Source of the DNA: Eledone cirrhosa
Lineage: Eukaryota
Direction: 5' to 3'
Length of the DNA stretch: 64,000 nucleotides
Assembly (NCBI GenBank): GCA_964016885.1
Contig: OZ024740.1
Coordinates: forward strand, 434,310,001-434,374,000
Part shown: positions 12,410 through 23,065 of the stretch, one piece after another
Position numbering within the stretch: the first letter of the stretch is position 1
How the letters are laid out: each line of letters opens with the position of its first letter
Translations under genes and position numbers: made by a program
The notes under the pieces: model-generated
Database searches by the model: none
What the model saw: only the letters and a program-made list of their open reading frames with translations
Told to the model about the DNA's origin: nothing

Positions 12410-12928
12410 AGGTTAATTATAACGTTCGGGAAAGTGAAAGTCAATTTTCTGACAAGTGAATGTGTTTGTTTGTTTTTTTTACACTGAAAGTTACGATACA
12501 GTTTGTTTATTTACAACAGGTCTCTATAGGGATATGGTGTTAATTAGTATTGCGTGTGTGATTATTTTCTCTTATATATATATGTGTGGGTGTGTATATG
12601 TGTGTATATATATGTGTGTCTGTATGTATATATATATGTGTGTGTTTGTATATATATATGTTTGTGTCATCATCATCGTTTAGATGTTTTTGTAATATCT
12701 TGCCAAAGTTGGCACCAACTTTCTGTCTGTTATATGCAACAAACGTCTAACTATGTAGTTATTTAAAAAAAATTTATTTGTTTCAACACACAATGTCATT
12801 TTCCGTACACACAATACACAAAAAACGAAAAAGAAAAAATAATCACACACGCAATACTAAAAAACAAACACATTCACTTGTCATAAAAATGACTTTCACT
12901 TTCCCGAACGTTATAATTTATCTATGCC
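12405..12928. repeat. Element with ~75-bp terminal inverted repeats between (TA)n tracts
   Basis: ggcataggttaattataacgttcgggaaagtgaaagtca... versus ...tgactttcactttcccgaacgttataatttatctatgcc. A second inverted segment pairs ~12543-12568 with ~12836-12860. Confidence 0.75.
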
Positions 12929-12948
12929 TATATATATATATATATATA

Positions 12949-13090
12949 TAGAAGTGGTTACACTACAGTTAGTTCACCATACCGAGAACAATTGTTTCAC
13001 CTTCCCGGATCTTCAGCTCGGGATGAAGATCCGCGAAGGTGAAACAATTGTTCTCGGTATGGTGAACTAACTGTTGTGTAACCACTTCTA
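12949..13090. repeat. ~67-bp-arm palindrome with an HHR at the apex
   Basis: Arms 12949-13015 and 13024-13090 (2 mismatches), loop gctcggga. Confidence 0.9.
12982..13021 (-). ncRNA. Minimal type-I hammerhead ribozyme
   Basis: ccgag-CTGAAGA-tccgggaaggt-GAAA-CAATTG-TT-ctcgg: stem I ccgag/ctcgg, palindromic loop III, weak stem II. Confidence 0.6.
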
Positions 13091-13171
13091 CCTAACTCGT
13101 CCCTGGACTGAGTGGTCTACTACTACGGATATTACCTTCCAGTGTCCCACCACTATATATATATATATATA

Positions 13172-13287
13172 AAATTAGTTACAACAGTGACATGTACAGT
13201 TACTTAAGTTTTGTTGGGTTGTTTTCTTTTAATGATAGGCTGAATGAATTGTGGTAAAGAACTCAACGAAACTTCAGTATCTGTACA
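13172..13287. repeat. Imperfect fold-back with a degenerate HHR on the + arm
   Basis: aattagttacaacagtgacatgtacag... versus ...ctgtacatgtcactgttgtaactaatt. Internal ctgaatga...cGAAActtcagTA. Confidence 0.65.
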
Positions 13288-13440
13288 TGTCACTGTTGTA
13301 ACTAATTATACTTAACTAGTCCTATGGAATGAGTGCTCTAAACCCTTGGATATTTATACAAAATTTGTACTACAATATAACGGGTGAGTGAAAGGAGTAC
13401 TCAATATCGAAATAGAGTTTTAATATTCATTTTATTAATA

Positions 13441-13492
13441 TTCTTGTCTAATGACCCTGTGATAAACAGGCAAAACTCCAGTGTAACAAGAA
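13441..13492 (+). ncRNA. Degenerate hammerhead ribozyme
   Basis: ttcttgt-CTAATGA-c-cctgt/gataa/acagg-c-AAAA-ctccagtg-TA-acaagaa. Stems I and II are intact; the core has two G>A changes. Confidence 0.55.
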
Positions 13493-13568
13493 CCACTATT
13501 CAGCCTTAATAAAACGAATATATATATAAAAATTAGAATTGCTGCTTTGAAATAGCGATATATATATA

Positions 13569-13747
13569 TATATAATGTATATATAGTGTATTTTGCAATA
13601 CACTGTATGCTTAATTAAAAGCATTTTGAAGACCTTCCGCTATTGTTTTAGAGTAGTGAGACTGTCACTACTCTAAAACAATAGCGTAAGGTCTTCAAAA
13701 TGCTTTTAATTAAGCATACAGTGTATTGCAAAATACACTATATATAC

Positions 13748-13755
<8 letters not shown>
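13569..13755. repeat. ~90-bp-arm palindrome in (TA)n
   Basis: Apex gtagtga-gactg-tcactac, 1 arm mismatch. The arm contains cAAAA-tgctt/aagca-TA, a possible decayed HHR 3' half. Confidence 0.85.
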
Positions 13756-13791
<36 letters not shown>

Positions 13792-14293
13792 ATGTGTGTG
13801 TGTGTGTGTTTGTTTATTTTCAAGTAGGCAATAATAAAACGGCAAGGAAAAATAAAGAAAATATACGAGTTAATTAATTAAAGAACATAAATAATTAGCC
13901 ACTGAAGCTAATTTACACGCCATATCATTTTAAAAAAAAATTCTACCTTTGATATTCTAACATTGTCGTAGGAAACTGTTCGCAGGGGCGAGCTTTTTGA
14001 AATGCTAAGCTATTTTGTAGATTTAAGATTTAGAATCGGTGGTTAATTTATCAATAAATCCATGGAATAATTGTGTGGAATGTTAATAACGATGGAGGTA
14101 ATTGTGACGACAGCCTGTTGTAATAAGTGTTCTGTAGAGGTTCCATGACATTTAGGTCGGCGATGTCGATTGGTTGATTGTCTCTAAACAGGAGAAACAC
14201 TAGTAAGCTACTAAAAACACTCTGAGTAGATGTAGTAGTAGTAATAATAGTAGTTGTAATAGTGTGGGTAATTATAGTGTCAGCTGCAACAAG

Positions 14294-14373
14294 ATGTCGG
14301 GGCCGTCCTTCGTTTCCAGCCCAGCATTACCCCCAGGATGGGAAATGAGATTCAATTCACAGTACCAACGATT
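14294..14373 (+). CDS. First coding exon of a WW-domain protein
   Basis: caagATG then MSGPSFVSSPALPPGWEMRFNSQYQR followed by tt|GTAAGT, a consensus donor in phase 2. LPPGWE is the WW N-terminal motif. The exon is GC-richer than its flanks. Exon 2 was not found in the window. Confidence 0.8.
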
Positions 14374-15099
14374 GTAAGTCTATTATATCTTTTCATGATG
14401 ACTCGTATTAAATGACATTTTATTTAATTCATATTTTACGGTTTAGGGTTTAATTTATTGTTTTGGTATTTCCCCTCCCCCTCTACATGAAATCCCTACA
14501 CTTTCTCATCCATACATACTACATATTCCGTCTTTCCTTCACTAACGGGTCTCTTATCCTCACATTTCTGGCCGTCTCCTTCACAAATTACGACGAGTTT
14601 CAATGACCAGGACAACAATATTTCATATTATTTTAATGCTTTTTTAAATAATATAATATATTATATTTATTTAATAAACCACTTTAATTCCAAACAACAT
14701 CATGGTATTGTTATAAACCAAGACAACAAAATACGTGGTTTAATAATGATACACATACACATATAAAAATAAATAAGAATTGAAGTCACAGAAAATAAAT
14801 TAATTAATTATATAGCTTTAAAGTAGTTGATATCAAAATAATAGAAGAGGACAAGTGTGCATATATATATATGTGAGAAAAACCACAGACCCTCCATCTC
14901 AACTCTACTTTTGAAAAGCAGAAGAACTGCGAAACCGGTAAAGGAACCAAATAAATATATTCATTTAAAAAAAAAATAAGACTCCAATTGCATTTTCGAT
15001 TTCATCTTTTTTTCTTTATATATATATATATATCTGTGTCTGTGTAAGAAGAAAGCTCAGTGTTTACAAATGCTGTATACAATGTTTGTTACATCACCA

Positions 15100-15430
15100 G
15101 AATACCGTGGGATTCGATCTCCGAACGTAAAGGGGACGTGACTAAACAGCGCAGTTTATACAGAAATATTACAGTCAATGTAAATCCCGCCGAGGTTGAC
15201 TTTGCCTTTCATCCTTACGGGGTCGATAAAATAAAGTACCAGTAATACACTGGATAATTGCTGGCCTTGTGCCTAAAGTAGAAACAATTATATATTACGT
15301 CCCTTTCTGATCTGACTTCAAATCCTGCCGAGGTTAACTTTGCCTTTCATCCTTACGGGGTCGATAAAATAAAGTACCAGTAATGTACTGAGTAATTGCT
15401 GGCCTTGTGCCTAAAGTAGAAACAATTATA
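15100..15430 (+). mobile_element. Two tandem SINE family A copies
   Basis: gactttgcctttcatccttacggggtcgataaaataaagtaccag...tgtgcctaaagtagaaacaattat occurs twice. Confidence 0.85.
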
Positions 15431-15889
15431 TATATATATATGTATGTATGTATGTGTGTGTATATGTATGTATGTATGTATATATATGTGTGTGTGCAGG
15501 TTCCCGAGTGGTGTCGGGGGAAGCGGTAACCACAGTTAAAAAAGGCTACTCAATATGTTGGTAGAGTATAGGGATTTATATTATATATAGAAATGACTTC
15601 TACAGGACTAGAACTGTCCTATATATATGTATATATATATATATATATTTACACACTTTCTATAAAGTTTGTTCTAGATATTTTTTAATTTAATGTTAAT
15701 ATGTTAACCAAGTTAAGGAACTGGGAAACAGACTGAAACTGGATCCCCTTCTTTTTAGGGAGGAAATTTCGATATAGTTGTTTTAAATGTCGATATTTTG
15801 TTGGTAATCTCTGTAACTAAATGGAGGGATATGTTCATAAATATAGGGGTCGAGAAACCTAAAGGGACAACGATGTAGTAGTAATACTA

Positions 15890-16022
15890 TGATTTCTACT
15901 ATAGCCACAAGGCCAGTAATTTTGCAGGGAGAGGAAAGTCGATTAAATCGACACCAGTGCGTTACTGGTACTTTATTTTGTCGACCCTGTAAGGATAAAA
16001 GATAAAGCTAACCTCGACAGGA
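15890..16022 (-). mobile_element. SINE family A-related copy
   Basis: Reverse complement of the SINE core and tail (ctggtactttattttgtcgaccc...). Confidence 0.7.
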
Positions 16023-16839
16023 TTAGTAATAGTAGTGGTAATAATAGTAATAGTAGTAATAAATATACTAGTAACAATAGTAGTAGTAGTTGTAATTTGA
16101 TAAAGAACAGCATTTTCTTTTAATAGGGTGATTTTTAATAAGCACAAGACAAACTTTTTTCGATGCACGAGGAATACAGTCAGTTTAACAGATACCAGTA
16201 ATAGCAGAGGGATGGATAGAAAAGTCGACACTGGAATAATTTTAACTCGGATAATACAATTTAATTCAATACGGCAACTTAGTTTTCCCCGACCCCTCAA
16301 CCTGGTTTACCATCTACTGCCCTTTATAAATAGCAATGATCCCCTCAAATTGTGTAAATTTGAAATAATTTCATGTCTATACAATCCAAGTATAGTCGAC
16401 TCAACGTTAAAAGTTTATTTTATTAACCCCAGAAGGATGAAAAACAAGATTTATATCTCAGTGGGGTTTGAACCTACAATATAAAGGGACGTAACATAAT
16501 ATCACAGTTTAGTTGCTGCCGTTCTTAATAATATTGGTAATTATGACAATTAACAGAATTAAGATGACTTATATATATGTATGTATGTATATTTAATTAA
16601 TATTTTTGTTTGTGGAATTTCCATCGTTATTCCACAAACGGAAAAAAATATTGAATTTCCATCGATGTTATCGAACGGAGTGAAGATATCTGTAGGTGGT
16701 TGCTAGACCTACTGGAAATAGCAGCCAAATTCTGCTCAAATCAAGCCATGCTATCTTAAAATGAAAGGATACATTGGATAATGTAGTCCTAGATGGATTA
16801 TTAGATAAGATGTGATTGTCATGGCTAGAACGCTTTTAT

Positions 16840-17750
16840 CATCAGACCTGGACACAATGCAGCAATGGATCACAGACTGGCAACTGAAGCTGGCCGTGGA
16901 CAAGGTACCACCATGCATTTTGGGAGGAAAAATCCAGCGTCTACATACTCCCTCCACAACACTGATATCAAGAAGTCTTCTTGTGAACGTGACCTGGGCA
17001 TTACTGTCAGCAGCGATTTGCGTTGGACAAAGCACGTCTCTAAGATTGTCAAGAAGGCCGAGGGTGTCTTGGCATCACTCAGCAAGACCTTTGTCAGCCG
17101 CTCTCCAGCTATATATTTAAGGCTGTTCATGACTATGGTGCAGCCACACTTAGAATTTGCATCATCAGTCTGGAACCCCTATCTTGCTCAGAACATTGAC
17201 CTCCTGGAAACTGTTCAGAGACGTGCAACCAAGTGAATACCCTCCATCAGGCATCTACCATACTCTGAACGCCTCTCTTCCCTGGGCATGGATACATTGA
17301 AGCTCCGACGTCTGGCAATGGACTTGGTAAACACCCACAAAGTTATTAACCATCTTGCCAATTGCAACCCTGAGCACCTTTTTGATCTCCATGTGTCTAA
17401 CACACGTGGACATGCCCACAAGGTCAGAAAACAGCACAGTTCCCATGACTTTCGTAAACATTTTTTCACGCTCAGAGTTGCTGAAGCATGGAACAAACTA
17501 CCTGCGTCAGTTGTTAGCTGCCGAGACACTGCATCCTTTAAGGCCTCCATGCTTCCCGAGATCCGCCAACACTACACCTGATGTACCCCTTCCATACACA
17601 TGCACACATGTGTGTATCATGACTCATACACTATTCATTTTCCTGACGTTTGTACATTACTCTATGTACTATACATACACTTTTTGCTGAGTTGTAGTGC
17701 ACCTGAGCACTGTACACAATATTTCATTATTATTATTATTATTATTATTT
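16840..17750 (+). mobile_element. CR1 LINE 3' fragment (same family as 6861-8946)
   Basis: Near-identical to 8060-8946; (TTA)n tail. Confidence 0.92.
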
Positions 17751-18622
17751 AATGGGCTTTCTCCACAAATGTCCCTCGGACGTCTCCCCCCTATTGGGAA
17801 TTTTTCTTTGTTATTTTATTACATCCTCTGTTTTTTTTACACGCAGAAATGCCCATTTGTACCGTCCTGTATTGTCCTGTACTGTCCTGATCTAAAATCT
17901 AGACAATGTCGGTATTTTATAACGATTCCTTTAGAAGTGGTACTTCTGAGCTTCTTGAAATTTACCAAATATTTATTCTTTCTAATAATTAATATATCGT
18001 CTGTTACATCCAGTCTGTGCCATTATTGAAGTCAATAATAAAAAGTACCAGTAATACACTGGTTTAATTAGGCCTTCTCTTTGGCGAATCAATTCCTCAG
18101 ACTTCAGTCCATTCTTAATCGAAGCCAATTCATTCAATTTAATCTTTTTTATTCTGTTTTTCTGAAAAAAGTTCTGACTATCACAATTTTTTTCCTCTGA
18201 AATTCTAGGAATTTGTGCTTATTCGAAATTAACAGATGATAACATATCGTGGTAATTAGGACATAGTGCTCGGTTTTATATTTTAATGGATGTTTCGTTT
18301 TAGGTATATAAAATAACGGATAAAATTCAAATGAAGGAAAATAAATACATAATAAAATAAAAACGAATGAAATGTGTGATTCTTATGGAAGTTCTTAAAC
18401 AAGATTCTTTCTTTTCCGAAACCCCAGCTGCCTTGTTATGTCGAACTAAATTATAGTTTGTAAAGAAGCAGGTTGATATCGAATAAATAAACCAAACATC
18501 TTTAAATATGTCTGCAGAAAAAACAGCCGAGTTTCCTAAAGTTTAAACTAATTATTCAGTCAAATATCGGCAGGTCATATATCTATACACACCATAGTTT
18601 TCATTCTCCATATGCCCTCATA

Positions 18623-18686
<64 letters not shown>

Positions 18687-19120
18687 CCTTGGTTCTCTGG
18701 AGTTTCAGTTGCACACTCGCAGGATCATGATGTATGTATATAAATATAGATATTCATTTATATATATATATATACATCATGATGATCCAATATATGTAAA
18801 TTTATATATACATACATACACTCTTACATATTATATATAAATACACACTCGCTTCCATATTATATATATATATATACACTAGCTTACTCTTGTATGAAAT
18901 ATTAATGCGTACAAATATCAGACCCACACGCCTACGTACATACACTTGTATAGATAAATTTATTGTATATACATACACACCCAAATATTAAGACACACAC
19001 GCATATACATATATATATATATATATATACACAACACCCACTCGCCATGGTGTATACACTGTATAGATAAATGTATATACAAACATACACACCCAAATGC
19101 CAAGACACAGACGCACATAC

Positions 19121-19178
<58 letters not shown>

Positions 19179-19248
19179 GCATACATACAAATACCCATTA
19201 GGCTTTGTGTATACAAGCATTTAACTTACATCTATTTAAACACACACA

Positions 19249-19300
<52 letters not shown>

Positions 19301-19500
19301 TATATACACACCTCAACACAGTGCTACTATATAGAACTAATAGAACTATCTGTTAGTTATTGCTTTACGAAGTGAAGTTATATTGTCAATAACTTTTTCA
19401 AATATCTTATATATATATACATATACACACACACATATATATATACTACCATGACTTAATCTTAACCATCTACTATGTCAGGATATGTCATGCATCATCT

Positions 19501-19567
19501 TATTTTATCTGATGAGGACGTAGTGTTGAAGTTAACTCAGTACCTCTGAAATATGTATAATAAAATA
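19501..19567 (+). ncRNA. Minimal type-I hammerhead ribozyme
   Basis: TATTTTAT-CTGATGA-imperfect stem II-GAAA-TATGTA-TA-ATAAAATA: perfect 8-bp stem I, predicted cleavage after 19559. Confidence 0.75.
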
Positions 19568-19607
19568 TACTTGCTCACAAGAATATCTATTTTGTTAATA
19601 TTTTGAA

Positions 19608-19656
<49 letters not shown>

Positions 19657-19710
19657 TATTTACATAGAACTCATAATGTAGATATGTCATTATCTGTAAA
19701 CCAATTATTG

Positions 19711-19771
19711 TATTTTATCTGACGATAGTGTACCAAAATACTGGTACCCTTGAAATATATATAATAAAATA
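19711..19771 (+). ncRNA. Minimal type-I hammerhead ribozyme
   Basis: TATTTTAT-CTGACGA-(gtacca/aaatac/tggtac)-GAAA-TATATA-TA-ATAAAATA, predicted cleavage after 19763. Confidence 0.75.
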
Positions 19772-19814
19772 AATATGGTTTTATAAAGATAGTTTCCATT
19801 TATTAATATCATTG

Positions 19815-19995
19815 ATATTGCAGTATCGGTAGAGGGTCGGACGCCATGCTTTCCAGCATAGTTACGTCCCTTTACCATCTGAGTTCAAATCCCGCCGAGG
19901 TTGACTTTGCCTTTCATCCTTACGGGGTCGATAAAATAAAGTACCAGTAATGCACTGGTAATTGCTGGCCTTGTGCCTAAAGTAGAAACAATTAT
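19815..19995 (+). mobile_element. SINE family A inserted into an HHR cassette
   Basis: Near-full SINE. The flanks rejoin to match the minus strand of ~9405-9490. Confidence 0.85.
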
Positions 19996-20214
19996 TTATA
20001 CTCCAGAAGAAATACTGTTGAGTGCTTCTAATCTGTTATAAATTAACTTTGTTGAATAATCAACAAATTAAATAACTCACTGCTTATATATATACACACA
20101 CACACATATATATATATATACATATATACATATATAAAGAAAGGAATTATGGTAAGGAACCAGATGAACCATAACGCACCAGAGTACTCAATACTTAGGG
20201 TAGTAGAGTGGGTA

Positions 20215-20327
20215 ATAGGAAAAAGTATGACCCCGACGGCAGAGCTCAAGCCGTTTCGACGGCTATTTCTGGACAAAAATAGCCGTCTAAACGGCTTGAG
20301 CTCTGCCGTCGGGATCATACTTTTTCC

Positions 20328-20330
<3 letters not shown>
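20215..20330. repeat. ~55-bp-arm palindrome carrying an HHR 3' half
   Basis: The minus arm reads atagccgtc-GAAA-cggc-ttgagctct-gccg-TC-ggggtc. The apex is the gacggctattt/aaatagccgtc hairpin. Confidence 0.85.
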
Positions 20331-20358
<28 letters not shown>

Positions 20359-20485
20359 TCAACAAATCTCCTCACATTTCAACCTCTCTCATTCTTTCTT
20401 TTTATTTTTTCCTAAATGGTTTTTATACATAATTATAATTATCTAGTGTCTTAAAAGGTAAACTCCACATACATACGGCGAGACG

Positions 20486-20554
<69 letters not shown>

Positions 20555-20629
20555 ACACTATTTTTCTCTGTCGTTTCATCTCTCCCCCTCTCTCTATATA
20601 TCAGTGGTTCTCTGTAATAACTGCAGCTA

Positions 20630-20660
20630 ATCACGTGACGCCAGACCAGGACGGAAGCAA
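20630..20660. promoter_or_regulatory. E-box/CLEAR-like plus ETS motif pair
   Basis: atcacgtgac and cggaag within 30 bp in non-repeat DNA. Motif evidence only. Confidence 0.25.
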
Positions 20661-20784
20661 TGTTTACTATGGTATCTTTCCCACAAACCTTGCTCTACAT
20701 TCTAGAGAGGAGTTTTACTACAATTTACTTCAACTACTCCCACAACCATGATGTTATATTGATGGTGCTGGCGTTGTTGGGCTA

Positions 20785-21400
20785 CCATCACCAGCACCAT
20801 CCCCAGCACCATCCCCAGCACCATCACCAGCACCATCCCCAGCACCATCCCCAGCACCAGCACCATCCCCAGCACCATCCCCAGCACCATCACCAGCACC
20901 ATCCCCAGCACCATCCCCAGCACCAGCACCATCCCCAGCACCATCACCAGCACCATCCCCAGCACCATCACCATATCCATCACCAGCACCATCCCCAGCA
21001 CCATCCCCAGCACCAGCACCATCCCCAGCACCATCACCATCACCATATCCATCACCAGCACCATCCCCAGCACCATCCCCAGCACCAGCACCATCCCCAG
21101 CACCATCACCAGCACCATCCCCAGCACCATCACCATATCCATCACCAGCACCATCCCCAGCACCATCCCCAGCACCAGCACCATCCCCAGCACCATCACC
21201 AGCACCATCCCCAGCACCATCACCATCTCCATCTCCAGCACCATCCCCAGCACCATCTCCATCCCCAGCACCATCCCCAGCACCATCCCCAGCACCATCC
21301 CCAGCACCATCCCCATCCCCAGCACCATCCCCAGCACCATCCCCAGCACCATCACCATCACCATCACCATCACCATCTCCAGCACCATCTCTGTCACCAG
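20785..21400. repeat. CACCAT/CCCCAG/CACCAG hexamer-based minisatellite (12-bp core)
   Basis: Repeated caccatccccag units. Confidence 0.95.
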
Positions 21401-22139
21401 CACCCTAACAAACTTCTGTTTACCGTATCCATGTTGCTTCCCATAGCAACAGCATCAGCTAGATGTGTCACCTAGTGACTATAAAGTAATGCTTATTGTT
21501 ATAATCGATAATTGTACAACTAATCAGTTTAAAGTTAGTTTTGAGAGATATGAGTGTGGCAGGAGAAACATTGCCATGGTTTCGCTGACAATAAGAACAG
21601 ATCGATAGCCATGGCTTTTGATGTATTGTCAGTTTAAAAGCTTTATAGTTTTTAAAGATGAGAGGAAATGTTAATGAAGCTTCTGCCTCTCTGCGAGGCA
21701 TTACAACGGTTAAAGGAGCTTGAGTTGACTCAAATTTCCAAGCACATAATCAACACTATCCACAAACGTCTGAGAGAGAAACTAGCAAAGAGTTGGTGGC
21801 AGTGGTTAGTAACACTAATTGTCATTTAGACTAATATAAAGAGTTGCAAGTTGAGTCAGTGAGGATAGCTATAATCATAGTAAATGTGATTATAACGACA
21901 ATTTGTTGTTCCACTAGATGAAACAATTAAGCTGCCTTCCACATTCAACTATCTTAAACACGATATATTGAATGTTTATGACTATTATAAGATAGGGCAC
22001 AACTCCGAGCAGTGTTCACTTGGGATTTTTAGTTTAATGTCAGCAGTGTGTCGACTAAATTCATTCAAAACTCTCAAATTTTCAAAATTCTTTCACACCT
22101 ATATTATCTTCTCCTAACATTTCTTGAGTCACTATGAAG

Positions 22140-22250
22140 AAGTGTGTGACCTGGTGGTTAGGGTGTTGTATTTACAATCATGTAGTCAAGAATTTGAGTC
22201 CTGGACTGGGCAGCATGTTGCGTTCTTGAACAAGTCATTTCATTTTGCTT
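22140..22250 (+). mobile_element. tRNA-SINE family B head (degenerate)
   Basis: tgacctggtggttaggg...tttgagtcctggac...tgttgcgttcttgaacaag. Confidence 0.55.
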
Positions 22251-22355
22251 TCCATGAAAAGACTAGGGACCCTGTCATTAAAACACCCGAGAAATTTCTC
22301 TAAATGATACTTCAAAGGAGACCAGCTAATCCTGCATAGTTAAAGTCTGTTTTAA

Positions 22356-22643
22356 CCCTTTTGTTACCAGCCAGAACCAGCTCTGGTTCTATGAAATAAA
22401 ACGACCCATTTTAACCCTTTAGTTACCAACCAGGCCAAAACTGGCTCAAGTTCTATGAAATAAAACCACCCTTTTTAAAGGTTTCCAATTTAAATTAAAA
22501 TCTTCCATCATAATTTTATATAAGAACCCTACATTAAGTTACTATCTTAGCAATGAAATAATTAATATTTTAGTAAATCCTTCAAAATTTTTCATTAATT
22601 AATTGAAATAGTATGTTTTATTAGAAATGCAATTAAGATAGGG
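22356..22643. mobile_element. piggyBac-like MITE
   Basis: TTAA|CCCT...AGGG|TTAA ends; the left ~60 bp are tandemly duplicated. The TIR match is short. Confidence 0.45.
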
Positions 22644-22649
22644 TTAAGA

Positions 22650-22985
22650 TGAAAACTCATCAGGCCGGTACTTATCCCTGATTTCCTTGGCATGAAGCGA
22701 CAGAGCACAAGGCTCTCCCTGGTCAGGATGCCAGTCTATTGCAGGATTAACTTCCCAGCTATTGCTGGTACTCACTCTCAGCTGAGTAGAAGACACTCTC
22801 AGCTGAGTAGAAGACACTCTCAGGCAAGGATGCCAGTCTATCGCAGGATTAACACCCCAGCTACTACTGCTACACACTCATCTAAGTGGAATGTATTGGG
22901 GCAACGCGAAATAAAGTGTTTTGCTGAAGAACACAACACAGCACCCTGTCCAGGAATTGAACCAACAACATTACAATCTTATGTC
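22650..22985 (-). mobile_element. tRNA-SINE family B
   Basis: B-box ggttcaattcc, tgttgtgttcttcagcaaaacac, and tail tagactggcatcc...gcttcatgcc...gataagtaccggcctgatgag, with internal duplications. Related fragments at 30620-30800. Confidence 0.7.
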
Positions 22986-23065
22986 ATTAGGACATGCTGC
23001 AGTGGTGTGAGCTATAAATTTAATTATATTTTCTATTTATCTGAACTACATCTGTCAATGATGTC

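Noticed and set aside
20660-21475. His/Gln/Pro-rich 271-aa ORF and its antisense MVLG ORF
   Set aside because: Translation of a hexamer minisatellite; no splice or homology support.
22655-22665. CTGATGAG on the minus strand
   Set aside because: Part of the SINE B tail; no stem II/GAAA follows.
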